This document shows, piece by piece, positions 17,818-25,865 of a stretch of DNA of 64,000 nucleotides; the first letter of the stretch is position 1, and each line of letters begins with the position of its first letter. The stretch covers positions 1 to 64,000 of the IMG/VR virus record IMGVR_UViG_2795386114_000001; one strand, given 5' to 3'. The notes below the pieces were generated by a model that was given only the letters and a program-made list of their open reading frames with translations, did no database searches and was not told the DNA's origin. The position numbers were made by a program, and so were the translations under genes. The stretch comes from a virus (taxonomy: Duplodnaviria; Caudoviricetes).

Positions 17818-19023
17818 TCAGGCGGCCTTCTCGAGGGCCGTACGGACACGGGACCCAACCCAGTGCCCCAGGTTCACCGGCACCGCGTTACCGACCTGGC
17901 GCTTCAGGCTGGTCTCGGAGTCACCGGCGAAGACGTGCGTGTCGGGGAAGCGCTGGGCGCGGGCCCGCTCCCGAACGGTCAGCTGCCGTACCTCGGAGTC
18001 CTCGAGCGTCGCCCCAGGCTTCACCAGCAGGTGATGGTTCCCGGTCGTAATCGTGCTGACCGGCTCGTCCAGGCTCTGCACCGTGCAGTTGCGGCGCAGG
18101 ATCACAATGAACGGCTCACCCCCGAACTGCTCCAGCCCGAGACGCACCTTCCGTGTCGTCACCGGCCCGTACGCCTCGAACACCTTCCGGTTCGGCTTAC
18201 CGTCCCCGAACCGCTGCCCCGCAACCGACCAGTCGATGTGCTCCCGTATCGACCGGATCACCGGCTGAACCGGACGGTGGCAGCGCGCCGTGGGGCAGAT
18301 GTAGATGTACTGCTGGCGAACCCCGTACGAGCCGACCTTCCGCACCCCGGGACGGTCGAACCGCTTACCCCACCGCTGAATGCCCTCAACCGGCCCGCAC
18401 TCACTGCACAGGCACGCCGGCCGCACCCGCAGATCCGGCAGCGGCAGCCCCTTCTTCGAGAAGCAGAAGATGACCCGATTCCGCAGCTGCGGCGCCGCCT
18501 CATTCCCCACCTCACCGACGTGCGCCGCGTTCACGGACACCACCTGCACGTTCTTCCCCAGCGCGTCCCACACGTTCAGCCACGCATCGAACAACCGCCA
18601 CCGGGAAGCGAAATCGACGACGTTCTCCCCGCACACCACGTCGTAGTCATGGACCTCATCCGCACGAATCAGATCCCACGCCGTGGCCCGCGTCCGGGAG
18701 AAGTCCGGCGGCTTGGGCCGCTCGTCATCATCCAACTCGACATCCAGCGACTCCTGATCCCGCGGCGTCGCATTACGGCCCGCCGGACTGATCTCCGTAC
18801 AGATCGGGGACCCCACCAGGACGTGACTACGCGGGATGCTGCGGAAGTCCAGGTTGTTGATGTCGCACCGCTTGGCGTACACGCCGGTGAAGTTCGCCCG
18901 CACCGTCGCGACCGAGTCCTCGTCATGGTTGGCAGCCGTGACCGCCTCGAACCCGGCGTCCACGTACCCGCGCAGGTCACCACAACCACCCGTGAACAGG
19001 TGCGTAGAAGTCGGCCCCGTCAT
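17818..19023 (-). CDS. DNA (cytosine-5) methyltransferase
   Basis: Motif I LFTGGCG, catalytic SPIC, ENV, QLRNRV, R.LTVRERARAQRFP, QVGNAVP. Confidence 0.88.
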   Translation of the reverse strand: MTGPTSTHLFTGGCGDLRGYVDAGFEAVTAANHDEDSVATVRANFTGVYAKRCDINNLDFRSIPRSHVLVGSPICTEISPAGRNATPRDQESLDVELDDDERPKPPDFSRTRATAWDLIRADEVHDYDVVCGENVVDFASRWRLFDAWLNVWDALGKNVQVVSVNAAHVGEVGNEAAPQLRNRVIFCFSKKGLPLPDLRVRPACLCSECGPVEGIQRWGKRFDRPGVRKVGSYGVRQQYIYICPTARCHRPVQPVIRSIREHIDWSVAGQRFGDGKPNRKVFEAYGPVTTRKVRLGLEQFGGEPFIVILRRNCTVQSLDEPVSTITTGNHHLLVKPGATLEDSEVRQLTVRERARAQRFPDTHVFAGDSETSLKRQVGNAVPVNLGHWVGSRVRTALEKAA

Positions 19024-19568
19024 GCGACCGCACCTCCCTCACGGATGAACCACGCCACCGCAAGGTCCGCAGCCGTACACGGCTCACACGGAATCTCGTG
19101 ATGCTCGACATGCCACCGGTAGCCCGTTCGCGTACCGCACTCCGGCCGCTCCACCGGAAGCGGCGCCCGCGGAACCCAATACCGTTCAGAACCCACCTCG
19201 CGGCACGCCTCATCGACCGCCTCGCCCCGCGCATAGTGTCGTCGGAGCGCGGTCAGAGTCCCGCACCCCACCAACTCCCGCTTCCGAGCCGGCCGGGCGG
19301 GCTTCCGCGTGCGGCGGCGCGGCTTCGGCTCACCGTGCTGCACCACATACCGCTGAAGCCCATCCAGGCCCCCGCGGATGCCCTCACGGTCCGAGGACCG
19401 CAACCGCTTCTCATCCGCCAGCGTGGACGCCAGGCAAGCCTCACGCACCGGACACCGGCCACACACCGCTTTGGCTCGCTCGGCCTGGGCAGTGTCGCCC
19501 TCAGCCGGGTAGAACAGCGCCGCGTCCAGGTTCCGGCACGCCGCCTGAGCCTCCCAGTCCCCGGTCAT
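19020..19568 (-). CDS. whiB: WhiB-family regulator with two C-terminal CGT..Y/L..H...C repeats
   Basis: WEAQAACRNLDAALFYP...AKAVCGRCPVREACL...GIRGGL. Confidence 0.9.
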   Translation of the reverse strand: MTGDWEAQAACRNLDAALFYPAEGDTAQAERAKAVCGRCPVREACLASTLADEKRLRSSDREGIRGGLDGLQRYVVQHGEPKPRRRTRKPARPARKRELVGCGTLTALRRHYARGEAVDEACREVGSERYWVPRAPLPVERPECGTRTGYRWHVEHHEIPCEPCTAADLAVAWFIREGGAVA

Positions 19569-20527
19569 TAGGCCGCCTGCCCTTCCGTCGCGCCGCCCTG
19601 AGCGGCCTGGATCTCGGCGATACGGTCGTCCAACACCTTCCGCAACGTCGTCACGACACCGCGCTTGTCCACGAACTCCTCGTCCAGGACCCCGTGCTGG
19701 GCGCCGTCCTCCCCGATCTGGTTGAAGATCAGGACGTTCCTGCTCTTCCAGCAGTCGGACACCTGCCGCAGCAGCTTGGCCAGGTGCTCACTGGGCGGGC
19801 CAGGCGTCGGCCGGCTCGGCTCCACAGGCTGCTCGGCAGGCTCGGTCACGGGGACCGGCTCATCGTCCGTCTCAGCGCTGGTGCCCGGCTCCGGCTTCAC
19901 CGGCGGGTCCTCCGGCTCCGGCTGCGGCGGCGGCTGCTGCTTCCACTCCTGCGGCGGATGCGCAGCCGAGAAGCACACCACAGCGTCCCGGGAGCCGTCG
20001 TTGTACAGCGACAGACCAAACTGGTCACCCAGGTTGACCGCGCACCGCTTCAGCGCCTGCGACAGGCTCGTCTTCATGGCCATGTCGTGCGCGTCGCCCA
20101 CCGAGGGCTGGTTCACCGCATCCCCGGCAGCGCCGTCCTCCCAGTGGCAGATCTCCTGCCCAGAGGTGTCGAACACGGTCAGGCGGATCTGCGCTCGGTA
20201 GACGATGGTCCACGCCGTGTACGGATCCCCGTACTCCTCCCCGTTCCTGTTCTTCTTGCGGTGGTTGGGGTTGGCGTGCTCGTGCACCAGGTCCAGAGAA
20301 AGCGTCTCGATGGAGTAGCCGCCGAAGCCGAAGATGCGGATGAGCTGGCGGCGGACGTCCCACGCCTCAAGGTGGGCCAGCTTGTTCAGGGTGCGGACCC
20401 GGTTCGGGTTGATCCCTCCGTGCAGCATCCGCAGCTGGTACGGGGACAGGCGCGGGGCCTGGTTTTGGGTGTGCGAGGTCTGGCCCTCCGCCGTCGTGCT
20501 GGCGGGGGCCTCAATGGCAGACGCCAT
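19568..20527 (-). CDS. Rad52/Rad22 (Sak)-family single-strand annealing protein
   Basis: HLEAWDVRRQLIRIFGFGGYS...DAHDMAMKTSLSQALKRCAVNLGDQFGLSLY. Confidence 0.9.
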   Translation of the reverse strand: MASAIEAPASTTAEGQTSHTQNQAPRLSPYQLRMLHGGINPNRVRTLNKLAHLEAWDVRRQLIRIFGFGGYSIETLSLDLVHEHANPNHRKKNRNGEEYGDPYTAWTIVYRAQIRLTVFDTSGQEICHWEDGAAGDAVNQPSVGDAHDMAMKTSLSQALKRCAVNLGDQFGLSLYNDGSRDAVVCFSAAHPPQEWKQQPPPQPEPEDPPVKPEPGTSAETDDEPVPVTEPAEQPVEPSRPTPGPPSEHLAKLLRQVSDCWKSRNVLIFNQIGEDGAQHGVLDEEFVDKRGVVTTLRKVLDDRIAEIQAAQGGATEGQAA

Positions 20528-20610
20528 GAGGTCTCTCCTTGGGTTATGCGATGTACGAGGCGCGTGGCCGAACCGGTGTCGGCATCCAGGCCGGCCCGCA
20601 CCCGTGAGGT

Positions 20611-21411
20611 CTACGCGGCGGGCTCTCCCAGCCGGTCAGTGAGAATCGCGCGGACGATCGTGCCCGGATGAACCCGGACACCCAGCTCCCTGGACAACTC
20701 CGGCGCCATCTCGTGCAGGGCCTCCCGAGTCTCGTGGTCGACCCGCACGGACAGCTTCTCCAGCGAAACGTCCTCCCTGGAGCCCTTCGGTGCGCGCTTC
20801 GGCCTCGGCAGCTCCCACGTACCGGCCACCAACTCGCCGACACGCCCGTCCACTACATCCTCCAGCGACACACCGGAAGCCGCAGCGGCACGGAAGTGAG
20901 CTGCCACCGGGGCCGGAAGGACCAGCGTCATCGCCGACCCCACCCCCTGGTCAACGCCCAGCTCCTCGCACATCCAGGACAGGGCAATGCTCGACTCGCT
21001 GACCCGGTAACCGGTCTCCTCGGTCAGCCTGGGCAGCTCCTGCTGCACCCGCTGGCGAAGCTCAGCACTGATCTCGAAGTTGATCGTCGTGCGCTTGCCG
21101 CTGTTCGGGGTCTTCCGGCGACCGATCGCCGGCGGCCGCCAACCGGTCTCCAGAACGGCCCGGTATCCAGCCTCGGCCACCGCGGGAAGCGGCCAGCCGA
21201 ACTCCTTGGACGCCTCCTGCAAGGCCAGCTTCAACTGCTCGGGCACCGTGTACGAGATGTGGCTCAGACCGGTGCGCTCCTCACTGTCCCGCAGCTGCAC
21301 CCAGCCGCCACGGGCCAGGAACGCCTCAATGGCGGCAGCCTCGTCGTGGTCTCCGTACTTCTTCAGCTTGGCGACACCACGGGCAGCGCGTTCGCGGGGC
21401 GAGTCGGTCAC
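20611..21411 (-). CDS. Internally duplicated protein with four RHH-like units; candidate repressor
   Basis: Two related halves, each beta-strand/helix/helix twice (ISYTVPEQLK / INFEISAELR / MTLVLPAPVA / LSVRVDHETR) with a W..P basic linker; divergent from the WYL gene. Confidence 0.6.
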   Translation of the reverse strand: MTDSPRERAARGVAKLKKYGDHDEAAAIEAFLARGGWVQLRDSEERTGLSHISYTVPEQLKLALQEASKEFGWPLPAVAEAGYRAVLETGWRPPAIGRRKTPNSGKRTTINFEISAELRQRVQQELPRLTEETGYRVSESSIALSWMCEELGVDQGVGSAMTLVLPAPVAAHFRAAAASGVSLEDVVDGRVGELVAGTWELPRPKRAPKGSREDVSLEKLSVRVDHETREALHEMAPELSRELGVRVHPGTIVRAILTDRLGEPAA

Positions 21412-21502
21412 AGCATGGGTCCTTCCGGCGGGGCGCCGGCCAGACCGGGGATGGCCGGGCGGGCGCGTGGGGGCATGTCGCACGCCAGTCTCCTCCATTC
21501 AG

Positions 21503-21517
21503 CATTGCTACGCCATG
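21503..21517 (-). promoter_or_regulatory. Degenerate CATTGC-N3-GCAATG operator copy upstream of the RHH gene
   Basis: Minus strand CATGGC-GTA-GCAATGCTGA aligns with the other two copies. Confidence 0.5.
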
Positions 21518-21575
21518 ACGGATTGTCGTGACGGCCGGAGCAGCGCCCCAACACCTCAAAGAATACCGTCATTGA

Positions 21576-21606
21576 CATTGCTTGGCAATGCTCAATGCCC
21601 TATGGT
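21576..21606 (+). promoter_or_regulatory. Promoter (-35 TTGCTT, 17 nt, -10 TATGGT) overlapped by operator CATTGC-TTG-GCAATG
   Basis: Same spacing and sequence context as the 4645-4676 element. Confidence 0.7.
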
Positions 21607-21640
21607 GGACCCGCCGCACCACACCAAGGGGGAACCACCA

Positions 21641-22039
21641 ATGCGACTGACGGCGAAGCAGACCACCACCAAGACCCTGGCTGACCTGTACCGCAGCGTC
21701 GACCGCCAGCAGGTCGTGACCCTCACGTACCGCGACGCCGATGGGACCGAGACCATCCGCACCGTCGAGCCGTGGGACATCCGCACCACCAAAGCCGGTC
21801 GCATCCAGCTCCGCGCCGGATGCCGCCTCCGCGGCGACGCCCGCTCCTTCTACGTCGACCAGATCGTCTCCTACACGCTTCACCGGATCGGCTTCGTCCT
21901 GGAGCAGCCCGAGGCAACGACTCCCGCCGGACGCGGCATCGTGGTCCGCAGCGAAAGCCAGCTCATCGCCCGCGAACTCGGCCGCGACTACCTGCCCACC
22001 CGCCGACTGGTGCGCACCGACACTGACCTCGCCGCCTAG
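21641..22039 (+). CDS. Stand-alone WYL-domain protein
   Basis: VVTLTYRDADGTETIRTVEPWDI...LRAGCRLRGDARSFYVDQI; no HTH; AAGGGGG RBS. Confidence 0.85.
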   Translation: MRLTAKQTTTKTLADLYRSVDRQQVVTLTYRDADGTETIRTVEPWDIRTTKAGRIQLRAGCRLRGDARSFYVDQIVSYTLHRIGFVLEQPEATTPAGRGIVVRSESQLIARELGRDYLPTRRLVRTDTDLAA

Positions 22040-22048
22040 GAGGATCCC

Positions 22049-22210
22049 GTGGCCGACACCACCGACACCGAGGACCGCGAAGCCTCAGAGTCCAGCGGCC
22101 GGAGCGTCCGGCCCGTCATCGAGCACGCTCTCACCGTCTACTACGACGGCAACGCCGAGCTCGCCCGTACCCTCATCGACCGCCTGCTCGGCGAGAACCG
22201 GAGCCAGTGA
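22049..22210 (+). CDS. Hypothetical protein (53 aa)
   Basis: AGGAGG RBS, GTG start, TGATG coupling. Confidence 0.5.
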   Translation: MADTTDTEDREASESSGRSVRPVIEHALTVYYDGNAELARTLIDRLLGENRSQ

Positions 22211-22659
22211 TGCCAATCCACCTGAAGGCCCCTGAGCCCGTTCGCGGCGGCCCGGACGGTCGCGGCTGGACCCGCTTGTCCATCGCCTCCATGGGCGGCC
22301 TGGCCGGTGACGAGTGTGCGCTGCGCCCCCGCGACTACAGCCATCTGCGGGAGTCGCAGGACACGCGGCGGGCCCGCTATGGCGGCTACGGGCCGTGCAT
22401 CGGCAGCGGAGACTGCGAGCAGTGCCCGATCCTTCAGTCCGCGCCGCGACGCCTGGACTCGCTGGACGACCGGGTTCTGGTCCGGGTCCACCCGTCGGAC
22501 GGGCGCCCGTACCTGATGAACCGGCCCGAAGACGGCTGGGCATCGCTCGGGCTCCGATGGACGTGGCAGGACCTCGCCCGGCTTGAAGGTTGGGAGATCG
22601 GCCGCCGTCACCACGACGAGCACAGCGACGGCTTCTGGATTGAGCGAGCATCGGGCTGA
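22210..22659 (+). CDS. Hypothetical protein
   Basis: C...CEQCP motif, Trp-rich C-terminus. Confidence 0.6.
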   Translation: MPIHLKAPEPVRGGPDGRGWTRLSIASMGGLAGDECALRPRDYSHLRESQDTRRARYGGYGPCIGSGDCEQCPILQSAPRRLDSLDDRVLVRVHPSDGRPYLMNRPEDGWASLGLRWTWQDLARLEGWEIGRRHHDEHSDGFWIERASG

Positions 22660-22786
22660 CTCCGGATACGGCGAAGGCCACCATCCCGTCTCGGGTGGTG
22701 GCCTGAAGCACAGTCAGCGCGTAATGCGCAGCATAGCTTTCCATACTGCCATCGCACCAGCGTTTCCGTGGATCAGACTGGACATC

Positions 22787-22981
22787 ATGGCCAGAGAGCA
22801 GCAGGCGGCGCTTCCCGAGGTTCCTGCCGGGCCCCGCCGGCGCGTGTGGTGCCGGGGCTGCCGACGGGAGTTGAGTGACCCGGAATCTCGTCAGCGCCAA
22901 CTGGGGCCCGAATGCGATCCGGAGCCCCGGCATGCCAGTGCACGGTTCGACGTCGATCAGGAGCCGCTCCCCGGGATGTGA
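22787..22981 (+). CDS. DUF6011-like Zn-finger protein
   Basis: CRGCRRELSDPESRQRQLGPEC. Confidence 0.7.
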   Translation: MAREQQAALPEVPAGPRRRVWCRGCRRELSDPESRQRQLGPECDPEPRHASARFDVDQEPLPGM

Positions 22982-23181
22982 CCCGGGTTGTCAGCGGCAC
23001 GCTCTAGACTTCAGCATCAGCGGCAAGTCGCGTACGCCGCCAACCGCATGACCCGTATGTCGCACCCACGCGGCGACAGGGGAAGGTGAAGGTCTCCCGG
23101 GGCCCGCGAAGCCAGACACTACCGTCACGGACTCCCTTTGTGCGGCGGCAGGGCGTGGGCGGCCGCCGAGAAGCGGAGACG

Positions 23182-23565
23182 ATGACCGTGCCGAAGAAGC
23201 AGTCCACCGCGGCGAAGAGGGCCCGCGCTGTGCAGCGCCAGGCCGGCGGCAAGCACACCGTCCTCCTCGCCCAGCAGTCCGTGTGCGGGGAGCTGCTGGA
23301 CCCGTTCCTGATCCTGCCCGAAACGTGCGCCCGTCCTCCGCACCCGCATGATGAGCCGCACTCCAAGAACCGCGACTTCGACGCCAGGGCGTGGCGGCAG
23401 CGTGTGGCTGACGCGTGGGCGGCGGAGGAGGCCCGGCGTGCTGCCCTGACGCCGCAGGAGCGCGCCGAGGAGGACGAGCGGGCCCGGGAGTGGGAGTACG
23501 ACGAGATGCGGGCGGCCGCGGACGACTTTGACCCGTACGCGAAGGACTACAGCGATGTGGACTGA
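23182..23565 (+). CDS. Hypothetical protein
   Basis: PKKQSTAAKRARAVQRQAGGKH..., C...C...PH...PH; GGAG RBS. Confidence 0.6.
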   Translation: MTVPKKQSTAAKRARAVQRQAGGKHTVLLAQQSVCGELLDPFLILPETCARPPHPHDEPHSKNRDFDARAWRQRVADAWAAEEARRAALTPQERAEEDERAREWEYDEMRAAADDFDPYAKDYSDVD

Positions 23566-23791
23566 CCCGGTTACCGGGGAACGTGACGTGGAAGCGATCG
23601 CCCGGGCCAGCAACTATGTGCGGCATGGCACCACGTTCATGGGCGGCATGTTCGCTTCCTGCGTGTGCCCGAGGGCTGCGTGCGGCGGTGTGGCTTCCGA
23701 GCGGGAGCGGGACGACTGCCCCCACCACCGCAGGACCCCGGCCCAGTTGTGGCACTGGGCGGCCGAGTGCCCGGGCGGGGCCGGCGCCTGA
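23555..23791 (+). CDS. Hypothetical Cys-rich protein
   Basis: CVCPRAACG...CPHH...HWAAECP. Confidence 0.5.
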   Translation: MWTDPVTGERDVEAIARASNYVRHGTTFMGGMFASCVCPRAACGGVASERERDDCPHHRRTPAQLWHWAAECPGGAGA

Positions 23792-23935
23792 ACCACTGTG
23801 CCCCCGGACCACCCGGCCGGGGGCACGCCCGCAGGGGGAGTCAGGGGAACACTTCCCCGGATCCGTCGTAGCGTGCTTGCAAGGGTCCCCGCCCAGGGCT
23901 CCGACCCCCACCCCTGCCCCATGATCGCCATAGTC

Positions 23936-24049
23936 ACAAAACTTCTGGACCCACCACCCTCCTACCCGCACGCGCGCGACCCCGCCCTGCACCTCCCCAC
24001 GACGCCCGACCACAGCAACGAGTGGGATGAGGTAGCTCAGAAGTTTTGT
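23936..24049. repeat. 12-bp inverted repeat ACAAAACTTCTG / CAGAAGTTTTGT, 90 bp apart
   Basis: 23936-23947 and 24038-24049; AT-rich in a high-GC background; directly upstream of the recombinase-like gene. Confidence 0.75.
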
Positions 24050-24081
24050 AATCGATCACACGGGTGGGCAGACTAAGGGGC

Positions 24082-24951
24082 ATGGACGCCGAGGAACTCC
24101 TGCACACCTGGCTCGACGGCTCAGCCCTGCGCCCCTCCACCCGCGCCGAATACACCCGCGAACTCGCCGGACCCCGCGGCTTCCTCACCTGGTGCACTGG
24201 GCAGCAGCCCCCCATCGACGCGCTCACCGCACGGCCCAAGGACATCGCCGCCTGGGCCGCCGACTGTCACCTTGAGCCCTACCTCGACGGCCGGCCCTTC
24301 AACGGACCCGACGCCCTCGCATATCTCGCCCAGCATCACCCCGAAGCCGCCCGCTCCCACGACCGCCGCATCTCAGCCCTCACCCAATACTTTGAGGCCG
24401 CCTACGACCGGCAGATCATCACCCTTCCCCCCAACCTCACCGCGCTGCGCTCCGGCGTCACCAGACCCGCCGGCGCCAAAAACCGCCTCGACCGCATGGA
24501 ACGCGCAACCCTCTTCGCCGTCATCGGCGGCTGGGGCCCCCACCACTCCCGCTACTGGCAACGCGACCAACTCGCCGTCTGGCTCCTCCTCGAAGGCCTA
24601 CGCCCCGCCCAAGTCGTCCGCGTCGACACCCGCCACCTCTACCCCCAGCCCGACGGCACCTACCAACTCCGCGCCCCCGACGAACACGAAGCCGTCGGCA
24701 AACAGTTCGTCCTCGAACCCCTCACCGCGGCCGCCATCAAGGCCTACCTCAAGGTGCGGCCCGAACCCGCCGAGCCCGGCGAGCACGCGCTGCTGCTGAA
24801 CAAAGACCGGCGCGCCTTCCAATCCCGCTGGGTCAACAAACTCGTCGGACAGATGGCCGCCACCCACCCCCTCCTCGCCGACCGCGAACCCCCCGTCACC
24901 GCCGACACCATCGCCCACACCGGCTTCTGGGACACCCCCCAGGGCGGATAG
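24082..24951 (+). CDS. Tyrosine-recombinase-like protein lacking HxxR and the catalytic Tyr
   Basis: Core-binding domain (PSTRAEY...RRISALTQYF), RDQLAVWLLLEGLRPAQV; ends VTADTIAHTGFWD. Confidence 0.7.
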   Translation: MDAEELLHTWLDGSALRPSTRAEYTRELAGPRGFLTWCTGQQPPIDALTARPKDIAAWAADCHLEPYLDGRPFNGPDALAYLAQHHPEAARSHDRRISALTQYFEAAYDRQIITLPPNLTALRSGVTRPAGAKNRLDRMERATLFAVIGGWGPHHSRYWQRDQLAVWLLLEGLRPAQVVRVDTRHLYPQPDGTYQLRAPDEHEAVGKQFVLEPLTAAAIKAYLKVRPEPAEPGEHALLLNKDRRAFQSRWVNKLVGQMAATHPLLADREPPVTADTIAHTGFWDTPQGG

Positions 24952-24960
24952 CCTGCGCAC

Positions 24961-25164
24961 ATGTCCACACGCACCACCATCACCTGCACCCGCTGCTCCG
25001 CCCAGGCAGACGTCCCTGAAGACGGCGACCACCGGGCCTTGTGGGATGCCGGATGGCGCTGGCTCGGCTCGCAGGACCTGTTCTCCTGCCCCGGCTGCCC
25101 TGCTGTCGTCACGGTCACCGCAGACGGGCAACACCAGCGCGGTCCAGGAGCACCAACCGAGTGA
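24961..25164 (+). CDS. Small Zn-ribbon protein
   Basis: CTRC...AGWRW...CPGCP. Confidence 0.55.
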   Translation: MSTRTTITCTRCSAQADVPEDGDHRALWDAGWRWLGSQDLFSCPGCPAVVTVTADGQHQRGPGAPTE

Positions 25165-25192
25165 CGCCCACCCAGCCCGCTACGCTCCCCGC

Positions 25193-25474
25193 ATGAGCGA
25201 GACCAAGCAGCCGCCCATCCGGCTCGAGCTGGACGGCGTTGAAGACTTCATCGGAGTTGCGGCATCCCTCCGAGCCACCGGGGCCCGCCGTATGCAAGCC
25301 GGGCGCGGCCGCGGCAACCGCACCTTCGCCATCGACCACGACATCACCGCTCTGCAAGCCGCAGCGCTCATCGAGTTCATCGAGATGGGCACCTCCGAGG
25401 GCTGGCTGAAGGTGTCCGTCAACGCTGGCGAACTCGACGAGGACGGCGTAGTGGAGTGGTGGGAGAAGGCGTAG
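25193..25474 (+). CDS. Hypothetical protein (leaderless)
   Basis: -10 TACGCT 6 nt before the ATG; MSETKQPPIRLEL. Confidence 0.55.
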   Translation: MSETKQPPIRLELDGVEDFIGVAASLRATGARRMQAGRGRGNRTFAIDHDITALQAAALIEFIEMGTSEGWLKVSVNAGELDEDGVVEWWEKA

Positions 25475-25540
25475 GCCCCGTCGGGGGGTAACCGGCCGGT
25501 ACGGCGCGCGTCGGCCCTTCGGGCGCGGCAGGATCCAGGC

Positions 25541-25861
25541 ATGACCTGCGAAGACACTGCGGGCACTCCCACCCGCATCACCTGGGAAATCCAGCTGTAC
25601 GAACCCGCCAGCCGCGCATGGATCTGTGAGGGCTACGGGCGGGCCACCACCACCGCCCAGCCCGACGCCATCGCCCGCGCAGCCCTCGCCGGCTACCTCG
25701 CCGCGAACCCGCCCGGCTCTGGGGAGACGGTGCGTGCGACCGCCCGGCCCGACGGCGGCGAGACCGTCACCGTGACCGCCGCCGACCTGAACGACGACGC
25801 CACCACCGATCCGGCCGTCCGCCAGGCCCTGCCCCTCTACCTGTGGGAGGCGCTGGCCTGA
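25541..25861 (+). CDS. Hypothetical protein
   Basis: GC3-rich ORF convergent with the recombinase gene. Confidence 0.55.
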   Translation: MTCEDTAGTPTRITWEIQLYEPASRAWICEGYGRATTTAQPDAIARAALAGYLAANPPGSGETVRATARPDGGETVTVTAADLNDDATTDPAVRQALPLYLWEALA

Positions 25862-25865
25862 CGGG

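Noticed and set aside
22990-23180. Possible riboswitch-like leader upstream of 23182
   Set aside because: A promoter-like TAGACT and some pairing are present, but I could not match a known aptamer or find a second copy.
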